Assembly (NCBI GenBank): GCA_963663475.2
Contig: CAXXJV010000001.1
Location: 2,560,001 to 2,624,000, forward strand
From: Candidatus Cloacimonadales bacterium
GTDB lineage: Bacteria; Cloacimonadota; Cloacimonadia; Cloacimonadales; JAFGVF01
Length of the DNA stretch: 64,000 bases
Reading direction: 5' to 3'
Shown here in pieces: positions 29,362 through 38,531 of the stretch. The notes beneath the pieces are model-generated. The model was not told where the DNA came from, ran no database searches, and was given only the letters and a program-made list of their open reading frames with translations. The number at the start of each line of letters is the position of its first letter. Within the stretch, counting starts at the first letter, position 1. The translations under genes and the position numbers were made by a program.

Positions 29362-30285
29362 TTAATGAATTATTAAATAGTTTTTTGAATTTCTTCTATC
29401 AAGTGTCAGAGTCATATATTTTAAAATATCACTGCCAATATAAATGCCTAATGGATATTCTGAAACTATGTCTCTTTGCATATGTTTAACTCTGGGATAT
29501 TCAATAGAAAAATGCTTATTTCCTAGCTGAATGTCAATAAGTCCTTGATAAAATCTACCACTTTTATCCTCAACAAGTTCATCCTTATCAAGTAAAGCAG
29601 AATTAATTACAGAATGACTCTTCCCTGTATCAAGATAAATTATTGCATCCTTCCCATTAACTTTACCAATAAAATGAATACCATAAGGATGATAAGGTAA
29701 ATCTAATAGGTGGATTTTTTCACCTTCTAAGTTAATATCTTCCTGACTAAGAGCTAGTATTCTTGCTTCATAATCAAGGGTAAAGATGCAATTCTGCAAA
29801 TACTTTAAACCTATCAAACCATTCATAGGGCTTGTTGAAAAGATTGACCAATCAACCAGGGTTGACTTCTCTTTCTCATAGGTCTTGTTCAAGAGTTTGA
29901 AAGTCGGAAGCTCTATTTCTACAGCTTCACCTCTAATTTCTCCATTAGGAGTATAAGTATAAGACTTTTTAATCTCTTTATAATCTATCTTATCAGAAAT
30001 AGCATTTGAAATAATAATGTTTCCATTGTTTCCAAAATCAAGAATCAGAGGATAAGAACTTTCTCCAAAAACAAGATCAAGATGTGGCATACCAAAGTCT
30101 TTATCTAAGTTAATCTTATAAGTATCTGCTTCTTGATAATGCTTAAAAATTTCTTCTTTATAAAGACATTTCAGTTTTTCAAAATCAACTAATCTTGTTC
30201 TATCTCTAAAATATTGTGTTAAGGCTTGGGCCTCTACAAATGATACTAAAGATAATATTCCTAAGAATGGTAGTAATCTTAGCAT
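29362..30285 (-). CDS. Secreted two-domain retropepsin-like aspartyl protease
   Basis: Signal peptide; LILDFG...GLIGL and IYLDTG...IYIGSDIL tandem retropepsin motifs. Confidence 0.7.
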   Translation of the reverse strand: MLRLLPFLGILSLVSFVEAQALTQYFRDRTRLVDFEKLKCLYKEEIFKHYQEADTYKINLDKDFGMPHLDLVFGESSYPLILDFGNNGNIIISNAISDKIDYKEIKKSYTYTPNGEIRGEAVEIELPTFKLLNKTYEKEKSTLVDWSIFSTSPMNGLIGLKYLQNCIFTLDYEARILALSQEDINLEGEKIHLLDLPYHPYGIHFIGKVNGKDAIIYLDTGKSHSVINSALLDKDELVEDKSGRFYQGLIDIQLGNKHFSIEYPRVKHMQRDIVSEYPLGIYIGSDILKYMTLTLDRRNSKNYLIIH

Positions 30286-31148
30286 TAAGCCTCCTTATTC
30301 TTGATTTTTCTAAGCATTAACCAAGAAAATATTATTGAAATTATGTTTATGCTAGGAATAATAAATATCACAGGAATTACATTATAACCTTGCAATTTCA
30401 TACCGATTATTTTAGCAGATAGAGCAGTCATTAAAATTGCTAAAAAGACTAGATAAATAGTCCCAAATACATAAGCAAAATGATGTTTTTTAATCATTAA
30501 ATATCCACATACAATGGCCATAGGCAAGAGTAGAGCTAAATCAAAACCTTGCACAATCATTGTTGTGTAATGGTCAATACCTTTAGGATAAATTTGCCCT
30601 GAAATAAGCGGAGGAAGAATAATGCTTAGCCATAGTAATGCTATCAATAAAGCATTAATGATTAAGAATATTCCAGATGATTTAAGAGGAGTATTGTCTG
30701 TAAAACCTTTATTTACTTCTGCATAATCAATAGACATCAGATGGAGGATAAGAGCAAAGAAAGAAGCTCCTAAAAGGATAACATAGACTAAAAACATCTT
30801 ATTGTACATACCCATTGCTAAATAAAAGAGATATGTTACAAAGAAGTAGAAAAGACTACCACCTAAGATGACTGAAGACTTAGGTGATTTCCTGATATAC
30901 ATAATCAAAGAAAAAATGACTAGTGGAATCGCAACAAACAGAGTTACATAGTCTTGAGCTATCCCTTGAATTGCTACTTCTGCAGACATGTCTTTGTAAA
31001 GACCAAGGCCATGAATCTCAATTTCTTGGCCTCTTATTGACTGATATGTAAATCTACCTGGTCCTGATTTATCCAAAATTCCTATAAGCGAAGCAAGTAG
31101 TGAAAATATTATTATTATTATAGATAAACTTATGATTTTCTTTTGCAT
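30285..31148 (-). CDS. Multi-pass membrane protein
   Basis: About eight TMs; GQEIEIHGLGLY, QDYVTL, QGFDLALLLP. Confidence 0.7.
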   Translation of the reverse strand: MQKKIISLSIIIIIFSLLASLIGILDKSGPGRFTYQSIRGQEIEIHGLGLYKDMSAEVAIQGIAQDYVTLFVAIPLVIFSLIMYIRKSPKSSVILGGSLFYFFVTYLFYLAMGMYNKMFLVYVILLGASFFALILHLMSIDYAEVNKGFTDNTPLKSSGIFLIINALLIALLWLSIILPPLISGQIYPKGIDHYTTMIVQGFDLALLLPMAIVCGYLMIKKHHFAYVFGTIYLVFLAILMTALSAKIIGMKLQGYNVIPVIFIIPSINIISIIFSWLMLRKIKNKEA

Positions 31149-31753
31149 TGCCTTTTCTCCTCTCTTTTTATGTAATAATCAATAATTTCCATTGCTGTTC
31201 TTATAACTCTCTGCTTTAGTTCCATTAAATCAGGGAAGAAAGACCTTCCTGTCACATACTTAGCCATTTGCCCATGTATATAAGAATGAATGGTATCGGT
31301 AATTTCCTCACCTATTCCAGTAAGTTTATGCTTAGGATAACATTCACTTAAAAAGAGACAAAACTTCTGCCTAGGCATAACTATCACTTCTTTAATTTTA
31401 TCGGGTATTGGGCCTCCAATATTATCAAACCAAATTAAACTATACCACCCCTTATTAGCTAGATAGAAATCAAGTAGATGTTCAAAGAAATACTCCATCT
31501 TATTATCTTCATTTTTTACCTGAGATACCTGATCCATTACCCTATTGACCATCCTAATCATTACTGCTTCTAGACAATCCCACCTCAACATATCCAAACT
31601 CTGATAATAATTATAAATGTTAGGGTGTGAGCACCCCATTCTAGTCGCAATATCTCTAATTGTAACAGAATTACTAGAGCCTCTCTCATTTATTATAGTT
31701 AGAGTTTCTTCAATAATATTATCTTTACTTATCTTCTTTCTCGTTTGCCTCAT
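31130..31753 (-). CDS. TetR/AcrR family transcriptional regulator
   Basis: VTIRDIATRMGCSHPNIYNYY HTH. Confidence 0.9.
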   Translation of the reverse strand: MRQTRKKISKDNIIEETLTIINERGSSNSVTIRDIATRMGCSHPNIYNYYQSLDMLRWDCLEAVMIRMVNRVMDQVSQVKNEDNKMEYFFEHLLDFYLANKGWYSLIWFDNIGGPIPDKIKEVIVMPRQKFCLFLSECYPKHKLTGIGEEITDTIHSYIHGQMAKYVTGRSFFPDLMELKQRVIRTAMEIIDYYIKREEKRQCKRKS

Positions 31754-31951
31754 ATTAGGACCTTTTATTTTATTACCTTTGGTAATTTTTTCTGTATAAG
31801 ATATTATGTCAAGCTTTTTTATATAATAATTTCTCTTTCCTGAAAACTAGATTATACCCTCTTTCATTTAAGCTAGTCTAGTAGAGTCTAACAATTAATT
31901 TGACACAAGATTGATCTTAAATAGTCTGGTCCAAAAGGGTAAGGAGTCAAT

Positions 31952-33292
31952 ATGCAAGAAACTATAAAATTATTTGAAAAATTAATCGAAGAAAAGAAAT
32001 GGATGACGATTAGACATCTTATTGACGATATGAATTTTGTTGACCTTGCTGAGATTATTGATGAGTTTTCTGAGCCTGAAGATATAATCCTATTTAGATT
32101 ATTACCCCGTGAATTAGCCAAAGATACTTTCCAAGAACTCCCCCTTTATAAACAAGAGCTAATTATTGAAAGACTGGCATCTAATGTTAATAAACTCTCT
32201 AATTTACTCAATGACTTAGATCCTGACGATAGAACTGCTATTCTAGAAGAGTTACCTGGTATGGTAGCTCAGAGACTCATCCAACTTCTTGCTCCTGAAG
32301 AAAGAAAAATTGCAACTACCCTCTTAGGCTACCCTGAAGATTCTATCGGACGTCTCATGACTCCTGAATTCATTGCCATTAAATCACATATGACTGTTGC
32401 CCAAGCTCTAGAACACATTAGAAAATATGGTCAAGATTCAGAGACACTTAATGTTATCTATGTCGTTGATAATCAATGGAAATTACTAGACGATATTAGA
32501 ATCAGAGAATTAATTCTTGCTTCTCCAGAAGAAAAAGTTGAAGACCTTATGGATGGCAAATTTGTTACTTTATCAGCTTTCGATGATGAAGAAGAAGCTA
32601 TCCGTGTTTTTCAAGACCATGATAAAGTTGCTCTTCCTGTTGTAGATAAAGAGGGCACTCTTATTGGTATTGTTACTTTTGATGATATTATGGACTTGGT
32701 TGAAGAAGAAACAACTGAAGACTTCCATCGTTTTGGTGCTATGCAAGATGCAGTTGAAGACCCTCTTAATGCCACTATAGGATTTCTCTACAAAAGAAGA
32801 ATTATGTGGCTGTTTGCCTTAGTTTTTATGAATGTATTTTCTGGAGCAGCTATTGCCCAATTTGATAATATAATTCAAAAAGTTGTTTCCTTAATCTTCT
32901 TTTTACCCCTTTTAATAGGCAGTGGAGGTAATGCCGGAGCTCAATCTGCTACCCTAATGATTCGTTCCTTGGCTACTGGTGATGTGGAAATGAAAGACTG
33001 GTTTTATCTCATTGGAAAAGAGTTCTTAGTCTCATTATTACTAGGCTTAACAATGGCAGTGGGGGTAGGATTGATAGCCTCTTACAGGGCACCTCAAATT
33101 ATTTTGGTAGTAACTTCCACCATGGTCTTAACTGTAATGACAGGTAGCCTTATCGGTCTATCTCTTCCCTTTGTCTTTACTAAGTTTAAACTAGACCCTG
33201 CAACTGCTTCTGCCCCACTAATTACTTCTATTTCTGACATTTTAGGTGTTGTAATTTACTTCTCAATCGCTACTTGGGTATTTGGGTTTTAG
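31952..33292 (+). CDS. mgtE: Magnesium transporter MgtE
   Basis: MgtE N domain, two CBS domains (IGRLMTPEF, LPVVD), GGNAGAQSAT, DPATASAPLITSISDILG. Confidence 0.95.
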   Translation: MQETIKLFEKLIEEKKWMTIRHLIDDMNFVDLAEIIDEFSEPEDIILFRLLPRELAKDTFQELPLYKQELIIERLASNVNKLSNLLNDLDPDDRTAILEELPGMVAQRLIQLLAPEERKIATTLLGYPEDSIGRLMTPEFIAIKSHMTVAQALEHIRKYGQDSETLNVIYVVDNQWKLLDDIRIRELILASPEEKVEDLMDGKFVTLSAFDDEEEAIRVFQDHDKVALPVVDKEGTLIGIVTFDDIMDLVEEETTEDFHRFGAMQDAVEDPLNATIGFLYKRRIMWLFALVFMNVFSGAAIAQFDNIIQKVVSLIFFLPLLIGSGGNAGAQSATLMIRSLATGDVEMKDWFYLIGKEFLVSLLLGLTMAVGVGLIASYRAPQIILVVTSTMVLTVMTGSLIGLSLPFVFTKFKLDPATASAPLITSISDILGVVIYFSIATWVFGF

Positions 33293-33328
33293 CTCAAAAC
33301 TAAGATACTATTATTTTTCTGCTGGCAA

Positions 33329-33430
33329 ACTGGGAACATCACTGGGAACATCACTGGGAACATCACTGGGAACGCCTTCATCCCTGAAGGCAAAAGAAAG
33401 AATGCCAGCATGGATGCTAGCGCTCCCAGT
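33329..33430. repeat. 12-bp tandem repeat (ACTGGGAACATC x3 plus partial) fused to a REP-like inverted repeat
   Basis: Last unit ACTGGGAACGCC pairs with GCGCTCCCAGT at 33420-33430; inner GCCTTCA/TGAAGGC and AGCAT/ATGCT hairpins. Confidence 0.85.
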
Positions 33431-33437
33431 TAAACCT

Positions 33438-35888
33438 CTATTTCATCACACAAGATTTTGTAAGCACAGAATGGCCATTACCATCATCAGCTTTAATAAA
33501 ATAAATACCGCTCGAAACATTTTTCCCTCTATTATTTTTTAGGTCCCAGTGTAAACTATAGGTTGGATTATCAACTTTTAAATTATTATAAAAACTCTGA
33601 CCTACTCTTAAATCTCTTACTTTCTGTCCTTTGAGATTATATACTCCCACCTTGATATTTTTTGCTTTAGCTCCCGGCAAAGTAAATTCTATAGTGGTTA
33701 CTCCTTTTAAGCCATTATTAAGCTGAGCTGGATTAGGATAAATCATAATCTTATTTTTCACAGCTTCTATTTCATGATTATCATTATTAGCTACAGAACT
33801 TCCATATTCGAAACAACCTAAATCTACTGCTGAACCATAAACTCTTTCACAACCATTTAAATCCATAGCAGTCATATAAAAACCTGTTGTATCAGGTATT
33901 CCTGCATCTATACAAGGGGAGTCTTCAGCTAAGAAATAAGATGACCATAAGCTTTCATCACCTCCTACAAAACCAGGATCTTCTTCTAGCATATTATCTC
34001 CCCAATTTAGAATCCATTCCTCATCATAATCTGTTACTAATGCATCTATACCACCTCTTACTAAAGAGTAATCTATATCAAGGGATGAGACACCAGGTGT
34101 AGGTACTTCAGCTGGGTCCATCAGATAGATTTCATAAGAGCTATTTGGATTATCAAAAATTGAATTCCTTATTTTAACATCCCCTCTAATACCCAATATT
34201 GGCCAGTTGTTGGTGTTATTTACTAGGGTCATATTATTAACTTTTATTTGAGATATGTGCTCTCCAGCAAATGCTACAGTTGTGTAATTCCAATCCAAAG
34301 GAGTATAAGAACAGTTTGTAACTAACAGGTTGTTTACCGTTACAAAGTCATCAGTATCATTGTTTGCATTACCATATTGAAAAGCTCTTCCTCCAGGGAT
34401 GATGGAATTTGTTACGGCGATATTGGAGATTCTATAACTGCCTTGGTCAATCATAAAAGGCATAGAGCCAGGTTGCCCCCCTACTTCCATTGTAACATTA
34501 AGACTATCTGCCCAGATATTATGCATAATTCCTTGAGATGCTGCAATTTTAAATCCGTGATAATTATAATTCTTTAAACTGATATCTTCAAGCAATATGT
34601 TACTTGAGTAAAAAATAACAAAAACACCATCAGTATGGATATTCTCAACATAAAGATCTTTCATTTCTAAACTCTCAACATTGTTTGCCCTTACTATCCC
34701 AGCCCAGCCTGCTCTTGAATATAAGTTCTTACAGCTAAAACCTGATACTGAAATATCACTGTTATCTTCAAGATAGAAAAAATTACAAATCTGGTTTTCT
34801 CCATCTAAGATTGTATCAACTGAGCCAGCACCAACAAGTTTGGTCCCTCTATCCATACTGATTGGAAATATCTCTCCAGTGGTATCAGGAGAGTATAATC
34901 CTGGAGCTACATGAACAATATTATAATCTCCATTTCCACGAGCTTTTAATAATGAGGTTGCTTTAGAAATTGTCTTTAGTGCTTGAGCTGGACTCAAGCC
35001 TGAGTTATTATCATTGCCTGATGGAGAAACATAAAGATCTGCTTCTATCCTCTCATAGACATATTCATTATAAGTTAACTCTCCATCCCATTCTATTACA
35101 TCTGAAACATAATAGTAGTGAGAGAAATCATCTTCAGGAGCTACTGATATTTTATCAAAATAAAGTCCGTTTAAATAAGCAGGATTACTATTTACAGGTT
35201 CAATATAAACATCTCTGCCCTTACCTGCACTGTTATTATAAACAGAATTAGGATATGTTTCAGATAATTCTAATTGGTAATCTATTCCAAAAGCATAAAT
35301 TCCTCCTCCAATTTGTCCTCCATTGTTATTAAAAATTTCACAATTAGCTATAGTGATATTTGAATTATAAGAAGTTATACCTCCCCCTCTACTTGAAGTA
35401 TTATTGAAAATTTTACAATTATTGATTTCAGAAAAGGGCTGTTGAAGATAGCTATAACAATCTATTGCAATTCCGCCTCCGTCAGTATGAAGCCCCTCAG
35501 GTAGATTATCATGATTTGTCAAAGTATTGCCGTTAGTTATAGAAAAACCACTCACTCTAAACCACTTAGATGTAGGAAGAAATCGATCATGTTCAAAATA
35601 TAAAACTCTCCATTCATTATCTCCATCAATAATTGTAGAATCTATATAGGCCTGATTTCCAGTGGTTAGAAATAGGGAGCCTAAAGTAAGACTTTTCTCT
35701 AAAACTTCTACATTTTCAATATACCTTCCTGGGTGAACTAAAACTGTGTCATAATCTACTGCTGCATCTACGGCAGATTGAATAGTGTTGTAAGTAAAAT
35801 CTTGCCCTAGCCCTACTTCTAATACTGTAGCTGTAATATTAATGCTGGCTATTAGCAATATTATAATTAATATATTAAGTTTATACAT
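33438..35888 (-). CDS. Secreted beta-helix/DUF1565 protein with FlgD-Ig CTD, paralog P1
   Basis: Signal peptide, TIQSAVDAA..DTVLVHPGRYIEN, GGGI/FNN repeats, YVSPSGNDNNSGLSP (DUF1565), SPCIDAG..VDLGCFEY, YPNP CTD. Confidence 0.85.
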   Translation of the reverse strand: MYKLNILIIILLIASINITATVLEVGLGQDFTYNTIQSAVDAAVDYDTVLVHPGRYIENVEVLEKSLTLGSLFLTTGNQAYIDSTIIDGDNEWRVLYFEHDRFLPTSKWFRVSGFSITNGNTLTNHDNLPEGLHTDGGGIAIDCYSYLQQPFSEINNCKIFNNTSSRGGGITSYNSNITIANCEIFNNNGGQIGGGIYAFGIDYQLELSETYPNSVYNNSAGKGRDVYIEPVNSNPAYLNGLYFDKISVAPEDDFSHYYYVSDVIEWDGELTYNEYVYERIEADLYVSPSGNDNNSGLSPAQALKTISKATSLLKARGNGDYNIVHVAPGLYSPDTTGEIFPISMDRGTKLVGAGSVDTILDGENQICNFFYLEDNSDISVSGFSCKNLYSRAGWAGIVRANNVESLEMKDLYVENIHTDGVFVIFYSSNILLEDISLKNYNYHGFKIAASQGIMHNIWADSLNVTMEVGGQPGSMPFMIDQGSYRISNIAVTNSIIPGGRAFQYGNANNDTDDFVTVNNLLVTNCSYTPLDWNYTTVAFAGEHISQIKVNNMTLVNNTNNWPILGIRGDVKIRNSIFDNPNSSYEIYLMDPAEVPTPGVSSLDIDYSLVRGGIDALVTDYDEEWILNWGDNMLEEDPGFVGGDESLWSSYFLAEDSPCIDAGIPDTTGFYMTAMDLNGCERVYGSAVDLGCFEYGSSVANNDNHEIEAVKNKIMIYPNPAQLNNGLKGVTTIEFTLPGAKAKNIKVGVYNLKGQKVRDLRVGQSFYNNLKVDNPTYSLHWDLKNNRGKNVSSGIYFIKADDGNGHSVLTKSCVMK

Positions 35889-35942
35889 TAAGTCTCCTAG
35901 TTCAGAATCATTTTTAATTTTTATCTTTTCATTTCCCTGGGA

Positions 35943-35966
35943 GGGCTAATATTGATTAGCCCCCTA
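35943..35966 (-). repeat. GTAG-type REP hairpin in a paralog spacer
   Basis: Minus strand GTAG-GGGCTAAT-caat-ATTAGCCC; also at 44902, 47468 and 50038. Confidence 0.7.
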
Positions 35967-35998
35967 CATTAGTGTAATTCGTGAAATTAGTGGATAGA

Positions 35999-38446
35999 TT
36001 ACTTCATCACACAACATTTAGTAATACCAGAATGCCCTTGTCTATCATCAGCTTTAATAAAATAGATACCGCTCGAAACATTTTTCCCTCTATTATTCTT
36101 TAGGTCCCAGTGTAAACTATAGGTTGGATTATCAACTTTTAAATTATTATAAAAACTCTGACCTACTCTTAAATCTCTTACTTTCTGTCCTTTGAGATTA
36201 TATACTCCCACTTTGATATCTTTTGCTTTAGCTCCCGGCAAAGTAAATTCTATAGTGGTTACTCCTTTTAAGCCACTATTCAGCTGAGCAGGATTAGGAT
36301 AGATCATGATATTATTTTGCACTGCTTCTATTTCATGATTATCATTATTAGCTACAGGAGAACCATATTCGAAACAACCTAAATCTACTGCTGAACCATA
36401 GACTCTTTCACAACCATTTAAATCCATAGCAGTCATATAAAAACCTGTTGTATCAGGTATTCCTGCATCTATACAAGGTGAGTCTTCAGCTAAGAAATAA
36501 GATGACCATAAGCTTTCATCACCTCCTACAAAACCAGGATCTTCATCAAGCATATTATCCCCCCAATTAAGAATCCATTCCTCATCATAATCTGTTACTA
36601 ATGCATCTATACTACCTCTTACTAAAGAGTAATCTATATCAAGGGCTGATATCCCAGGTGTTGGTACTTCAGCTGGGTCCATCAGATAGATTTCATAAGA
36701 GCTATTTGGATTATCAAAAATTGAATTCCTTATTTTAACATCCCCTCTAATACCCAATATTGGCCAGTTGTTGGTGTTATTTACTAGGGTCATATTATTA
36801 ACTTTTATTTGAGATATGTGCTCTCCTATAAAACCCACTGTTGTGTAATTCCAATCTAGTGGAGTGTATCCACAGTTGGACACTAAGAGATTGTTTATTG
36901 TGACAAAATCATCATCACCTGAAGCATTTCCATACTGAAAAGCTCTTCCTCCAGGGATGATGGAATTTGTTACGGCGATATTGGAGATTCTATAACTGCC
37001 TTGGTCAATCATAAAAGGCATAGAGCCAGGTTGCCCCCCTACTTCCATTGTAACATTAAGACTTTCTGCCCAGATATTATGCATAATTCCTTGAGATGCT
37101 GCAATTTTAAATCCGTGATAATTATAATTCTTTAAACTGATATCTTCAAGCAATATGTTACTTGAGTAAAAAATAACAAAAACACCATCAGTATGAATAT
37201 TCCTAACTGCAAGATCTTTCATTTCTAAACCCTCAACATTGTTTGCCCTTACAATCCCAGCCCAGCCTGCTCTTGAATATAAGTTCTTACAGCTAAAACC
37301 TGATACTGAAATATCACTGTTATCTTCAAGATAGAAAAAATTACAAATCTGATTTTCTCCGTCTAAGATTGTATCAGCTGAGCCAGCACCGACAAGTTTG
37401 GTCCCTCTATCCATACTGATTGGAAATATCTCTCCAGTGGTATCAGGAGAGTATAATCCTGGAGCTACATGAACAATATTATAATCTCCATTTCCACGAG
37501 CTTTTAAGATTGAACATGCCTTAGAAATAGTCTTTAGTGCTTGAGCTGGACTCAAGCCTGTGTTATTATCATTGCCAGTAGGAGAAACATATAAATCAGC
37601 TTCGATGCGTTCATAAGCTGTTTCATTGTAAGTAATCTCTCCATCCCATTCTATTACATCTGAAACATAATAGTAGTGAGAGAAATCATCTTCAGGAGCT
37701 ACTGATATTTTATCAAAATAGAGTCCATTTAGATAAGCAGGATTACTATTTACAGGTTCTATAAAAACATCTCTGCCCTTACCAGCACTGTTATTATAAA
37801 CAGAATTAGGATATGCTTGAGATAATTCTAATTGGTAATCTATTCCCACACTATAGATACCACCACCAAATTGTCCTCCATTGTTATCAAAAATTTCACA
37901 TCCTGCAATATCAACATTGGCTTCAGAGATTGCTATTCCACCACCTTGGCTTGAAGTATTATCATATATTTTGCAATATTCGATAATTGAAGCTTGCTGA
38001 TTTAGATAGCTGTAACCATTAATAGCAATACCCCCTCCATGTATACTTACCCCCTCTGGCAAGCTATTATGGTTAGTCAAAGTATTACCATTTACTATTG
38101 ATAAACCACTTACTCTAAACCACTTAACTGAAGGTAAATACCTATTGTGCTTAAAAAATATAACTCTCCAATGATTATTTCCATCAATAATAGTTGAGTC
38201 TATATATGCTTGATTGTCTGTTATTAGAAATAGAGACCCAAGAGTAAGACTTTTCTCTAAAACTTCTACATTTTCAATATATCTTCCTGGGTGAACTAAA
38301 ACTGTATCATAATCTACCGCTGCATCTACGGCAGATTGAATAGTGTTGTAAGTAAAATCTTGCCCTAGTCCTACTTCTAATACTGTAGCTGTAATATTAA
38401 TGCTGGCTATTAGCAATATTAGCATTAATATGTTTATTTTATACAT
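35999..38446 (-). CDS. Secreted beta-helix/DUF1565 protein with FlgD-Ig CTD, paralog P2
   Basis: Same architecture as P1. Confidence 0.85.
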   Translation of the reverse strand: MYKINILMLILLIASINITATVLEVGLGQDFTYNTIQSAVDAAVDYDTVLVHPGRYIENVEVLEKSLTLGSLFLITDNQAYIDSTIIDGNNHWRVIFFKHNRYLPSVKWFRVSGLSIVNGNTLTNHNSLPEGVSIHGGGIAINGYSYLNQQASIIEYCKIYDNTSSQGGGIAISEANVDIAGCEIFDNNGGQFGGGIYSVGIDYQLELSQAYPNSVYNNSAGKGRDVFIEPVNSNPAYLNGLYFDKISVAPEDDFSHYYYVSDVIEWDGEITYNETAYERIEADLYVSPTGNDNNTGLSPAQALKTISKACSILKARGNGDYNIVHVAPGLYSPDTTGEIFPISMDRGTKLVGAGSADTILDGENQICNFFYLEDNSDISVSGFSCKNLYSRAGWAGIVRANNVEGLEMKDLAVRNIHTDGVFVIFYSSNILLEDISLKNYNYHGFKIAASQGIMHNIWAESLNVTMEVGGQPGSMPFMIDQGSYRISNIAVTNSIIPGGRAFQYGNASGDDDFVTINNLLVSNCGYTPLDWNYTTVGFIGEHISQIKVNNMTLVNNTNNWPILGIRGDVKIRNSIFDNPNSSYEIYLMDPAEVPTPGISALDIDYSLVRGSIDALVTDYDEEWILNWGDNMLDEDPGFVGGDESLWSSYFLAEDSPCIDAGIPDTTGFYMTAMDLNGCERVYGSAVDLGCFEYGSPVANNDNHEIEAVQNNIMIYPNPAQLNSGLKGVTTIEFTLPGAKAKDIKVGVYNLKGQKVRDLRVGQSFYNNLKVDNPTYSLHWDLKNNRGKNVSSGIYFIKADDRQGHSGITKCCVMK

Positions 38447-38470
38447 GAGGTCTCCTATTTATTAAAATGA

Positions 38471-38502
38471 ATACAGAGAGAGGACATCCTCCCTCTGTAT
38501 TA
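38471..38502. terminator. Stem-loop between the giant gene and paralog P2 (terminator/attenuator or mRNA stabiliser)
   Basis: AATACAGAG..AGGA-ca-TCCT..CTCTGTATT; identical copy at about 52568-52599. Confidence 0.55.
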
Positions 38503-38531
38503 TACTATTGATTAATTACTTTTTCTGTCAA

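Noticed and set aside
33329-33373. Possible CRISPR array / ORF 33282-33542 with GTSL repeats
   Set aside because: 12-bp units are contiguous with no spacers and no cas genes; the ORF is a translation of the repeat and overlaps both neighbours
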